Below the pieces are notes generated by a model. It was not told the origin of the DNA. It searched no databases and saw nothing but the letters and a program-made list of their open reading frames with translations. Position numbers and translations under genes: made by a program. A DNA stretch of 62,850 nucleotides, the filler included, from Basidiobolus meristosporus CBS 931.73 (lineage: Eukaryota; Fungi; Basidiobolomycota), in assembly GCA_002104905.1 (NCBI GenBank). It is 3 parts of 3 records of this genome, joined end to end, with 100 filler letters (N's around TTAATTAATTAA, not from the genome) between each part and the next. Parts side by side here need not be neighbours in the genome. Positions count along the whole stretch, not along the records: positions 37,063 to 62,850 come from MCFE01000925.1; 2 more parts are not named here. One strand, written 5' to 3'. Of this stretch, positions 40,151-52,567 are shown in pieces (positions within the stretch are counted from its first letter, which is position 1; the number at the start of each line of letters is the position of its first letter).

Positions 40151-41888
40151 ACTATTTGTCTGCAGTTATCTGCAGCGTGTCATGACCACATGACATCCCT
40201 GCCCTTTCATGATCTGACCAAGCCAAGTTGTTGAGGAAATACCAGTTACTTTCAGAACTTTCTACTGCATTCTAGCAACTTATTGACAACTCTAAGATAA
40301 CAATACCTAATATAACATTAAAGATAAGCTTCACATAGAAATATATGTAGGTCTATTCCAGAAATGAAATCTCCATAACTTAGACAAAAGCTCAGCTGAC
40401 CCTTTATGCGTCCCTGTTTGATATTTTAGTCTGTTCCTTGGTATACTTGCTTTGCTTCACCCCAGAGCCGCATTGGTATAAAATACCCTGTACAAGACTA
40501 GCAAGATCCCAATGTGCAATGAAACAATACCTGTGGTAAAAGTCCCAAGGTTACTTTATGGAGCCAAATGGAGTCTAGAAATCAGCCTACTGGTGATGAA
40601 GTGATGCTGAAGCTAGAGAAGTGACGTGCTGCCACCAATATCAGTAATGGTGGCTTTGAGGATTTACTGTCACTACTTGCCAAAGCAGTTCTAGGTTGCA
40701 TTCACATCATGGAACAACACGCTTGCAAAGTTTCTAGCTTATTGGAAATCCATCACCCTATGAGGAACACTTTGTTCACACTCCAGATATATTCATGTTA
40801 AACTCAATCTAAGGAAGCTCATGCAGTGTACCAAATATTATGAAGCATTCATGTACTTCACCCATTATCTATCAAGTGCATACATTACCAATATATAGGA
40901 TGCCAAATATTAAAAGCCACCAAAAAGCAAGGGCTATTTTGAAAGTATATATTACCATGCCTTTGCCTTAGCACTTGATGAATTTGCATCATACTAGTAC
41001 TCTACTAGCAAGTTCTGCTGCCAACTTACTCTCATCATACTGAATGTACTGCCAATATTACAGTTTCAGAGCAGGAAAATGAAGGTAGTTGCAATGGTAT
41101 CTGGCAGAAGGCTAGTTAATGGCTCTGATGCCAGGCTCATATTATTAGACTTGTTCCATTGTACCATGCCAGGGCGCGTGGCGCAATCCGCGGTTGCAAA
41201 GAACGATCGGGTGCAATATTATAGCTACCAGAAGGCAGGATTGTTCTTGGACGATTTTGCACTATGCGGGACAATCTCGCACACTATGGCACAATCTGAC
41301 ACAATGAGGTTGGCGCGGATGATTGCACCAACTCGTAATGCTTGCATCACGTGCGCAATCGGATACCGCTATAATGGCAGGTAAAATCCGGTATTTGGAT
41401 ATGTTTCTTTAATGTAAATGGAAATAAATGTGTATCACACTATAAACTACACTGATACTTACCATTTTGGTTACCCTCACCCCAATTGGACGGTATCTCA
41501 GTGGTTAATTGGTCCAAAAGTATCCTGAAGCTGGCAGCCCCCAATTGGCTCATTGACTACTGAAAAAGCTACCTGATTTGCCATCAAATATCCCATTTAG
41601 CCCATTGAGCAAGTAAATCCCTGATCCTAGTGATTGGGCAAGGTGTCATAGCTAGCACGCAAGCAATTGTGTAGGTGCAAAACAGATCCAATAGCTGCAC
41701 TGGTATTACAGATGACATATATATATGCAGGGTGTTTATTTATAGGGGTTCTGTCTCAAATGTGAGACGTCCTTGATATTACTTATATCAAAAATTTGAT
41801 GATCACTGATTTGCGATGGCTTGATTTGGATCGCAAAAAAAAGGGCTGTTGGGATCATCACAAATGTGAGCGATTCAAAGCAATCGCA

Positions 41889-43959
41889 TCATCTTCTCCT
41901 GGGTTTTTTTCTCACAGGGATTACTACTGAAGCATTTGGTAGTGACTCACTTTGCACACCTATACTACTTCCTGGCTGACTATGATCTTGTCTACTTGTG
42001 TATTTGTAGTCAGTATTTTGCCTCCTAGTTGATGAGTGCAATGCTGCAGCTTGGCCGCGCTGAATCGCTCCGACTGAACCAACTGAACCGGCCTGTAGTG
42101 CTACGCGCTGACGCGTTCTTTTACTTGCCAAGGGCTCCGGTGGTTGAGTCACTTCATGTTGGTCATCATCAGTCAGTTCACCAGAAGTAACTCGCTGATG
42201 GTCAGGCAAAACGGCACGCGCAGGCGCGCCTTGACGCGTTGAGATGGCCCTTGGCTGAGTTCAATGTGATGCCGCATGTTGACGCGACTTGGTCCGCTCC
42301 AATGGACTTGTGTCTAAATGAGCAGTTTGGTGAGTTCTGGTAATTTTGCTCTGAAGCGCGCGCGTTGACCCGACGCGCGTTGACTCAATGCGCGTTGACT
42401 TGATGCGGGGCGTTCTGTTAAAGGGTGTTGGCGTGGTCTGGACTGACGTGCGCCGGCGCGCTGTGGTTGCAAGAGATGGTAGGGAATCCAGCCAGGCGTA
42501 CTGGCGCAATCTGGACAATGTTGCTCGCGGTCTGTATTCTTCCTCCTGAAGCTCACCATCTGATTCCTCAAGGTATTCACTTACCCTCTGTCTGATACTT
42601 TGGAGCTGTTGCCTGGATGAGTCCTGTGTATATTGCTCTCGGAAGCCACTTAGCTCTACTAATATATCACGTAGTACATTAGTCATTTGAGGCAAAAACT
42701 CATTCAAAATCTCTTTGGTTCCCAAAGTTGAGGCACGAACGGACGCGTCTGGCCCGTACTGTGCAAATTGCGCGCGAAATTGTTCCCGCGCGGCTTCCTC
42801 GTCAAATCCCCTCACTCTCAGCTCATTCTTGATTTCAATACTTGTCTTGTTATATATCTTTTTACATACATTGGCTGGCATCTTGATGTAGAACTCATGC
42901 CACAGCTTTCTACTCAAATTCTTCCATCTTTGTTGACTCTCTGAGGTATCTAGTTCTGCTAGATTAATCAGTAGTGCCCAAATATCTGTATGAAGGCTCA
43001 TCATAGACACTTGGGCCATACTAAAATCATTTGGCGAGAACTCGAACGGATCCAACATCGACTTCTCCGGTCCGGTGTGGTAGGGTAAACATACCTCCCA
43101 CAGACAAGTTTATTCATATAGTCATTATGATATACTTATCCATATTTTATCTTATCAGTATTATCCCATTCTTCTTTTGCCCATATTATCAGTATTATCC
43201 CCATATGATGTTTACCCTGATTAGTTATTAGCATTAGTTATCCCAGATGTTATTCAGCTTTGTGATCAGTAGATGTATCTATATAAGGCAAGTACCCGCG
43301 TCAGTACTTGTGACACATGACCTAGGTCTGTGTTACCATCTCTACCATTTCAATACCATATATGGTATTTCTATGTTGCACAGGTTTCAGACTACTGATT
43401 CCTGATTGGTTGAGAGTGCTGTGCCTTTTAGAACCTTCCAGGACATTCTTGGCATATTTTTAGCTCATAGTGATGTCATCAAGAATTCCACTGATACCTA
43501 GAATCTTCTAGAACCTTGTCATTTGTAATCACTTGGCAATCAGGAAAAGTATTTAAGGGAAAGCAATCCCTCATCAATAAATGATCCCTTCTATCAGTAA
43601 CACTTCTACCTTATTGATTAGCAGTTGATCACTGCACCTGCCTTCAACAGTACATCTCAGACCTGCCATCAAGGAGCTTTTCAGGGTAGTGCACAAGACA
43701 CACAGAGGCCTTTGGAGACACTTGGAGCACCTAGGAAGCTAGAGAAGCAGGAGCTTTTACCATAGTGACATATTGACAAAGACACCGGCAGTTTAGACAC
43801 AGAGATTATTGCACCCATCAGACACCTCACACACCTTGAGTTGTGTAGCTTCTCCCAGGAGTACCTCTACACCACCACACCGGACCGCACTAGTGAGCTG
43901 GGGGATGGGTTTTGTCTGGGTTGTACTAAAGATGAGTTGAGGCTTGGTATGGGGACCAT
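41889..43959 (-). pseudogene. Harbinger-like accessory gene (about 420 aa reconstructed; possible Myb/SANT-like DNA binder)
   Basis: ATG at 43959 (MVPIPSLNSSLVQP), split by LTR-A; 42261-43058 and 41889-42209 are in the same frame with one TGA; ends RKKPRRR. Confidence 0.8.
43076..43879 (+). repeat. Solo LTR-A (804 bp)
   Basis: TG...CA ends; CCGG TSD at 43072-43075 and 43880-43883. Confidence 0.92.
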
Positions 43960-44318
43960 AGCAACGGATTTGGATACTTATACAGCAGTATATTGGAATC
44001 AACCTGGTCTTATATGAAATATATATGAAAACTAAAGTGATTGTTGAATTTTCCATATATTATGCATGATGCATCTCAGATCGCATTGACACGGATCAGA
44101 TCACATCAATCGCAGATTTCCTATTTGATTATAGACCTATGATTAAAGCATCAATAAAAGTACCAAGGCATTGTTTGCGGATGATTTTTGCGACATAATG
44201 ATGGGATACATGGCAATTGATGGAGATTTAACCATAATGTGTTAAAAATCAGATAAGTAATGCAGATTGCGCCGAATCAATTCAAACCACCTCCATACAA
44301 TCATCCATCAATTTTAAT

Positions 44319-45203
44319 ATGACTTACTCATCTGAATGGTCTTTTCTCATCAATCCCATCACTACCACTGGATTTCCTTTTGACACACTGGAGGAGATCT
44401 ATTCCAAGTACTGTGGACCATCAACCCCAATCTACTCAAGGAGATCCCTTGTTAAGCTTCTCTGCTATTACAAGAACTATTGCCCTACAAGGTTTCATCC
44501 CACCATCCATGGCAACAAAAGTCCTAGAAGCTTTCATTCCCAGCTGACAGCAATGGAGAACCACCTTGCAGAGGGTATGAATGACTTAGAGCAAGCTTGG
44601 AATACTAGGTTCAGAAGCTCCAATAGACTTTCATATCCCAGAGTGTTCAGCAACAGGTTCCATATCAGGAGTATTTTGGATACCTTCCCAGTGAGGATTA
44701 ACAGACCTTCTAGAGGGCAGAGGCACTTTTATTCTGGCAAGTAAAAGGCACACTGTGTGAAGTTTCAAGCACTGTCTGACATTGAGGGTAACATCATCTG
44801 GTTTAGTGGGCCATTTGCTGGAAGTAGGCATGACAAAGCACTCTGGGTAGAGAATCATCCTGAATTCAGTAGAGGGGAGAAATGTATGGCAGACTTGGCC
44901 TATATAGGAGAGGATTGTCAGAGATTAGGATGTATTACAGCTTATAGGAAGCCAAGGAATGGTGTGCTAAGCAGGAAGCAGAAGCTCTACAATAAGATAT
45001 TTAATCATTTCAGAGTAAGGGTAGAGCACACATTTGGATATCTGAAGAGATTCAGCATATTGGCAGGTAAATACAGAGGAAAGTCATATATAGGTGAAAA
45101 CAGCAGAATAGGTAAAATAGTTAAGATACTTATTAATGCACAGTATGTTCATACAAGAAGACATCCACTGAGAGAAATGTGTCTGGAGCATTATGAAGAG
45201 TAA
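44319..45203 (+). pseudogene. DDE_Tnp_4 (PIF/Harbinger/ISL2EU-type) transposase, 294 aa, single TAA
   Basis: ILDTFP..RP..QRHFYSGK*KAHCVKFQ..GPFAGSRHD..MADLAY..FRVRVEHTFGYLKRF; copy H2 has TAC at the stop position. Confidence 0.9.
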
Positions 45204-46149
45204 ATAAAGCAAGGAAAGCACTATTCTGAGCAACATAAGTAAGATTGAGTAAAATTACCAGTAACTGTATCATACCACTGGCATCATGGTAGAAATTATA
45301 GTGCCAGATAGTGCCGTAGGGTGCCAGATCAATCCGGCACTATAAACCGGCTGGCACTATGTGGCACTATCCAACGGAACAAGTCTATTATCTGCACTGC
45401 AAATACCCCAGCTATCCACAAGTTAGCTGGCTTTTCTAGGCACCATGGATGGTATTGCTGTCATATGTGTGAGCTTCAGGGGACTTACTCCATAACTTGC
45501 AAACATTATAATTATCCTAACATCAATGCTAAAAGCAACATCATCCTACACAGAGAGCATAATGAAGTTGACATGCAGATACAGTAAAGTCTCAAGGCTA
45601 TCAGCCATTGACTAGAATATGCAATCAAGTAAGGACTGGAGATACTCATGATAGAGGGATCTGCTGGAGGAAAAGATTTGCACTAAATGCAATGCATTTT
45701 CTCCTAAGGAATATTCCTTTAATAAAGAAAAAGTTATTCATGTAGCATTTTAAGCTAAATGCACCCTTTAAGATGCCAGGGGAACTTGAAAGAACTGGAA
45801 ACATATTGGAGAGCATCTGTTACCCAAAGTACTTCACAGAAGTTTCATTCAATATTCAGATGCATACATAACAGCACAAGTGCCACAGCTGGATGAGCTT
45901 GATCTATATTTACTCAAGTAGCTTTCTGAAGCCACTTCTGCAAGGACTGCAATGGAGGCATTAGGAGTCATATGCTAATACTGTAGAAATAGTTAATCAT
46001 ATGTGAATCTATGGTTTTGTTGCATTGCACATTTAGATTTTGCCAGGCTCATGCAGTGTACTGTTGTGAGGGGAGATATGCTCCTAATCCATCAGTGAGC
46101 CATCTTCTTTAGAGCTTTCACTCTGTGGGTCATATTCAGAAGGCTGAGC

Positions 46150-48215
46150 CTAGCCTAAAGGCATAACAAACTTACCGGAATCAGTTTGTGCAAGGTGAGA
46201 AGTACAGCCAGGATTGATTAAGAAGCTATCAAGTTGACTGCAAGATATAGCTAGTACAGTAGCAACTGATAATTGCTCAAATATGACTTGTGTGGCAAAG
46301 CACTGGCCATGATCCTTGCAATACCTTCCATACTGTCTGTGTGCTTCATAGCTAAGAGGCATGTTACATTAGCAACATAGTTATTTTCCCTTCTCTTATG
46401 GCATTGAACCAAAGAAGTCTTGCACACAGGCAAAAAGCTTGGCACTTAGCAATGTGTTGCTAATATATCAATATCTTGTCAATACTCAGGTGATTATAAG
46501 CCAGTCACGTGTTTGAGGGATTGTACCTATGTGAATGTAAGAATCATTGAAGACCCACCAAAGTAAGCATCATAAACTAAGCTGTAGCACCACATATACA
46601 CATATATGTAATACTATTTCCTACTTGGTTTGACTCACTTCCACATACATGTAGCCAAAAATAAAGTAAGGTTGTCTGGTCTCTAGCCAAACCGCATTGT
46701 AAACAATAGCAGAAAATATTTGTCCAACAGCTTCCACTGACAACAAGTGGGGCTACATCCAAAAATAACATGTTGTAGATGCACCCACTGAAGGTATAAC
46801 ATGGACTCCTCAGGCTCTCCATCAAGTCGGCAATTAAGAATCTTTGTAAAGCCATAAGACAACCATATTGTGCTGGCAGATGAGAATGTAGCAAATGCAG
46901 TATCTCTGGTGGAAGACTCACAAATGACTGTCATAACATCACCACTACCAGTATTAACAAGTGTGTTGGCAGCTCATACCAAAGCATTGATGAGGCAATT
47001 AGTCACAATGGCTCATAAATTAGATGCAATGGATCAGTGAAAACAAGAAGCAGTCCAGAGACAGGATGAGTGATAAGATGTGTGGAGCAATCAATATATC
47101 AGGTAGAGAATGCAGTACCTAGGCAGCAAAGAAGGACCTTAAGTAGCTCAATGTCATAGCCAAGAATTAAGCAACTTATTAATGTAACAGCAGAGAGAGG
47201 CACCATAGTCTCTGAAGCACAATAACAGTGCCCAAAGATAAAGCTCACAGAAGAACCTATCACAACATGGGAGGGAGAGACTGCAGTACATATTCCCAAG
47301 ATTACAATCAAAAGACAATGAATATCTGTGATGCTGGTGAGTACAATGTTAGAGCATGGGCTAGTATTTCACGGCTGTTAGAAGTCTAGCATGACATCAC
47401 CTCAATGCTTGAATACCATGGGAACATCAGGAGCTCAAGGCCAAACAAAATGCTCTTGGCCTGATCTATAAACATTATACAGGACTCAAGGAAGTAAAGG
47501 ACCTTGGGCTGGCTTTAGTATGCATAGTAAGTTTCTTAAGAGTAGCAGGAACATTTAAAAGCAGATGAAAAAGGGTAAAAATCAGCAACTTTCTGAAGAG
47601 CTTGTTATAGGCAAAACTAAAAGCTTCAAACAAGCTGGAAAGAAGTATTAGGTAGCAAGAAGAGTCCAGCAAGCAACAAGCAGGCAGAAACAGGTGCATC
47701 AGTGCAGCATTTGTGAAGAAAATATAGTTCAACATAAGAAGCACTCAGTCAAAGTAGCAGTGAAGGACCTGGAGTAAGATTCATTGCTTTATAACAAGCT
47801 TGTCATATGCTGGGGAGGAAGCACAAAGCAAGTGGCAACAAGATATTAGATTGCTGGGAGAGTGCAGGTCAAATATGATGGAAATAAACTGATTTTTATG
47901 CATGCAAAGTAAGTAGTTGATTGAATCAGGAGGAAAGGAGTGTGAAAAAGAGGAAATAGCCAATCAATGTACACAAACTTAGGAGATGATATCATGTCAA
48001 GTATCAGAAGGTTAGAGAATATTCAGAGAACCAATTAAAAGTCAATATGAATTGTTGCAATGAAAAATTTTGACCAAGTAGTTTGCAAAATCTTAAGTGC
48101 GGTCATTTTTCAACAGTCTTTGCACAATGTCTTGATGAGATTAATATCTCCTAGTCATGGGATTTTCATATTGTGACAGTCTTTGGACAGGATTATCACA
48201 ATTATTTCTTATTTG
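46150..48215. mobile_element. CACTA copy (transposase start on minus, ORF2 on plus, degenerate end near 48215)
   Basis: Colinear with 2800-5170, with deletions. Confidence 0.75.
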
Positions 48216-48239
48216 GTAATGTTATACTGGTGCATCTAT

Positions 48240-49549
48240 TTCTGCCAGCTTATCCCTTACCTGCATGCTTCTAGCTATCTGATATCTCCTTGCAACTTGT
48301 GTAAAGCTTTTGGCCCTGATGTAAAAAGCTCAGGAGGCAGTTGCTGATTTTCAGCCATTTTGCCCTTGTTTTTTTTGCCTTTGGTAGCTTCTGCTATTCT
48401 TCTGATACTCTCTTGGTATGCCCATGCAAGCCCAAATCTTTTTGCTTGTTTGAAACCAGGGTATTGCTCATGGAGCATCTCAAGTACATTCTGGTTGGCC
48501 CAGAGCTCCCAACTGTTGCAGAGTATTCCAGCATATATGTGGTAGCATGCCAGACTACTCATGGCCTCTTTGCTATTAGCCTACTCTGCAATGTGGCATT
48601 TAACCGTATCACAAGTCTTTTGTATCTTGTAACTTGGAAGCTTTGATATGAAGATTGCAGTATCCCCCTCCCATGCTGTGATAGGTTTTTCTATGACCCT
48701 TATTTGCTGGCAATTTTTGAGTTATATGTTTGCTGCACTCTGATCTGCCTGAGAATTATGGAAAGCTTGTGGCTCCACAGAGATTTTCAATTACCCACTT
48801 GACTGAAAGCCTTAGGAGTCTGTATTAGTACCTTCAGAAGGCATACTGTCACAGTGGTCTTTTTTATATATGGCCCTACTTGTCACACTCAGTGACAAAG
48901 AAAGCTGTTGACCAAGATATACTTTGAATTAAGTCAGACTAAAGGGCAAGTAGTTACATATAAGTGTTTATGGCGCCACAGCTGTAGCAATAATGTTTAC
49001 TATGGCAGGTCATCATTACATCTTGCATTAAAGTAGGCGCAATATCTCATATAGAAGACTGTCCTAATATTATATGAGTATTGACAAGAAAGTGATATAC
49101 AGCATTGATTTGCTGAGTGTTAGGCTGTTGGCCCCACAGACAAGCCTACCTTGATTTGACACTGTAAGAGAAGGGAATGCAACCTTACAGCTATTACAAC
49201 AGGCCTCCCAGCAATCAGGCATATAGATATTGTAGGAAGTATTACATCAATGTGACCAGTGTTTTGCAATACAAGGCATATTTGAGCATTGATTAGTCAC
49301 TACCGTCCCAAGAGCATCTGACCAGCAACCTGATACTTTTATATCTGCACCTACTTGACACCTGATACTTCTATATCTGCACCTACTTGCACTTGTCACC
49401 TTGTACTAACTGAGTAAGGTGAGTCTGTGACACCTTTTGTGTTCATCTGAAACCAGCCTGCATGGTGTTATCTCTGAAGAAGAAGGCTCACTGATGGATT
49501 GTGAGCCTCTCTCACCTCACCACTATTATGAATAGACACAAGGCACAAG
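48240..49549 (-). mobile_element. CACTA ORF2 fragment plus transposase start
   Basis: ORF 48275-48562 (SLACYHIYAGI..LHEQYPGFKQAK); matches 7750-9520. Confidence 0.7.
49328..49389. repeat. 32-bp tandem duplication
   Basis: acctgatact(t/c)tatatctgcacctacttg twice, period 32. Confidence 0.85.
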
Positions 49550-52080
49550 TGTTGAGCCAAGCAAGGCAGGACCAGGAAATGGCCTAGGTTTGGGTTCTAT
49601 AGGGCAAGGCAGATTCCTAACCAAGGCTGTTTGCTCAAAACCTGTGCTCATCAGATCAAGGAATACACAAGGGGGATAGGACTATATGTACTTTTTGGCT
49701 ATATGGATGTCAAGAGATATTGGCTAAAACTGACATGGTTCTGTGGTGGGGCACAGTAAGTGTACTGAGATAGATATATACTAAAGAACAGACTAGAATA
49801 TCATATGGGGATATGCCAGGTGTCAGCAGATCATGTGACTAGACATTTGCCATATATGGTACTGTACTACATAGATTTCACTGGGATGCTTCCATACAAT
49901 GTTTCATTGTTCAGCATTGCCTGATAACTTTCAAAGGTTGCTGAATTGCAGTAGAGATTTCTCAAAAGAACTGGGATTTCTTCACCAACTTGACTTGACC
50001 AGATCATGAAAGGTTAAGAATTTCATGTGAGCATGGCATTATTCTCCTCTTCTGAGAGGCTTTTCTCAAGCTTTTGCCACTGGCTTGTTGGGTATGTCTG
50101 GTGAAATAGTGCAACTAGATCTTGGCAGTTTGTTAGATTTGTTGCTAGTTCCCAAAATTGAATGCTTGGGCTATATCTGATGCAGTCTATCAAGTAGTAA
50201 GGTTGGGTTCTGATGTACTTTCAATTTAGTCCTTGCTGAACTTCAAACTGTTGGTATATGTCTACTTGGGTGGCTGGGGGACTTACCAGGTGCTGGTTGG
50301 GTAGAGTACTTTCATGGAATGGTTCTAGGAGGGATACATGCAACATGTCAAGGATATTCATACTTGGTGGTAACTGTAGTTGGTATATAATTGGCCTTAG
50401 TTTCTTTCTTGATCCTGAATAGACCTAGTTTCTTGTTGTCTAATTTGTTGCAAGGGCAGCTGATAGCAATGTTTCTTCCCAGAGCCATACTATATCTCCT
50501 TGATTAAGCTTGGGACTAGGCTGCTGTTTGTTGTCTGCAAATGTCTTGCACCCTTTCTGGGCTAAGAATAGTACTTTCTAGAGTATTTCTTGGATTTCAA
50601 GAATTGTTGACACATGTTCAGCTGCTGGGAGCTCATAGGGTATGCTGTAAGCTGAATATCTAATTGCAGATGAAAACCATAGATTGCATATAATGGGGTG
50701 AGACCAGATGCACCATGACATGATTTGTTAAAGGCAAATTCTGCAGGTAGTGGCAGCTAGATCTAGTTGTCTTGCTGATAGTTGATATAACAACAAAGAT
50801 ATTGCTTAAGAATCTGGCTAATTCTTTCAGATGACCATCTGACTGAGGATGGAAAGCAGTTGAGAGCTTGAATTGTGTGCTAAGATATTGCATGAAGTGT
50901 TTCCAGAATATTGATATGGGTGGGGGCTCCCTATCAGATAAAATGTCACTGAGGAGACCAAGGAGCCAGAAAATGCTCTTGATTGCTAAGTGGGCAGTCT
51001 CCTTGGCATCTTTACTCTTGGAGCAGGGAAAAAAGAAAGCCATTGCTGTCAGTCTATCTGCCACCACTAGGACTGATTTGAAGAAGGATTGGAGAGGTCC
51101 ATATGGCTAGTGTTTGGCAGATTTTGCATAATGACATGTTTCACAGGATTGGAGGTACTCATTGACAAGGGATATCATCTTGGGCCACCTGAAATCTCTC
51201 TTGATTGCATTCATAGTTTTGGCAGTACAAAATGTCCTGCAGCCATTGAATTGTGGCAAGAATTGATGATCTCCAGCTGGTTATCAAGGCCTAAGACATA
51301 TAGTTGGCACTTGTGGTATATAATGTCTTTGACCATATATAGGTACTGGAGGTTTGGGAACTTGGGTGGCAGGTCAATGGAAGACTTGAGATACTCCTGA
51401 TTGTTGCAACTGTGCAATTGGTGGCTTGGCTTATCTTGACCTTTTGAAGGAGTTAGTGAGTAATAATTCAGGAGGATTGAGTTGCAAGGAGTTCACAGTG
51501 TCTTTTGTTGAGTATATGGTTCTTCATTTGCAAACAGGCATCATCCCCTTCTTCAAAGGAAAACTCCACTTTTCTGGAGAGGGCATCAGTTTTCCTTGTT
51601 TTAGACCTGGTCTATAGGTGATGGCCTAGTCAGAGCTGGACAGAAAGAGGATCCATATAACTTCTCTGTGGTTCAGTACTTTGAGGTGGTAAAGTACTTA
51701 AGGCTTTTATGGTCACAGAAGGTCATTGTCTGCTGGGCTTCACCATTGAGGCCATGTCTCCATTGTTCAAAGGCAACAATAATTGCTGGTAGTTCCTTGC
51801 CATGGATCTCATAGTTTACTTCTGCCAAGTAAAGTTCAGAGAGTAGAAGGCAACAGGGTGTAGCACATTCTTGGCATCATACCAGGAAAGGATAGCACCA
51901 TGAGTAAAGTCAAAGGAACTGATTGCTATGGTAAAAGTTTACCAATGTTCAGGGTGGGCAAGCAGTAGGTTGGACAAGAAGGACTTCTTAATGGAATGGC
52001 CCAGACTATTGCTCATTACAGGCTAAGGGCAGATTCTCCTGGGTGAGCTTTGTCAATGGAGGTACTATCTTAGAGTAGTT
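49550..52080 (-). mobile_element. Chromovirus (Tf1-like Gypsy) 3' half: RNase H, integrase, chromodomain, putative LTR 49550-50038
   Basis: NYSKIVPPLTKL; VADRLTAMAFFFPC..ILSDREP..LSTAFHPQSDG; decayed chromodomain FEVQQGLN*..YYLID..Y..WEL at about 50145-50250; PPT agaagaggagaataa before TGCCATG. Confidence 0.8.
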
Positions 52081-52567
52081 GCTAAAGTTGATAGTGTTCT
52101 CCTGAATCTCTTTTCTTGTGATACCAATATCATGATGGTTCAGTATTATTAACAAGTCTTGTAAGCTTGAGTCTGTCCCTATGCACTAATGTTACAAGTC
52201 TTGGTATAAGAGTTGTAGAGGAATAGGGAGTTTAGCTAGTATTGTATTCACTAAAACTTGAACTGATTTTTATTGAGGTTACAGCAACTCCTTATATACA
52301 TTTTGCCAGATCAATTGCTGACTAACTGTATTTCCTAATGTAGGTTGTGGCTGATGACTCATTTGATTGCATCATCATCACCCAATAAGATCCTACTTAA
52401 TATATCTATTTCTGTCTGATAAGGATCTGCTGATTCATTTGCTGACTAATGCTACTGATTTCATAGATAATACTGATATACTGATAACCTAAACATATAC
52501 TAATTGATTTGACTAAAAACTGATCAAACTTAAACATTCAAGCAGCAGATCATAACATTCTCCCCTA

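Larger units (their letters stand above)
41147..45386. mobile_element. PIF/Harbinger-like two-gene DNA transposon H3, complete ends
   Basis: TIRs AGACTTGTTCC(A/G)TTG; ATT TSD at 41144-41146 and 45387-45389; divergent accessory gene and DDE_Tnp_4 transposase; about 3.4 kb without the LTR insert. Confidence 0.9.
40480..45950 (+). pseudogene. CACTA transposase split by the Harbinger-like element
   Basis: ...gctcatattatt (41146) rejoins with att/atctgcactgcaaatacc (45387 onward) to give AHIIICTANTPAIHKLAGF. Confidence 0.8.

Noticed and set aside
42261-43058. Intact or domesticated host gene in a CpG island
   Set aside because: Lies inside TIR/TSD-bounded H3, has decayed paralogues in H1 and H2, and is part of a longer frame broken by an LTR and a stop
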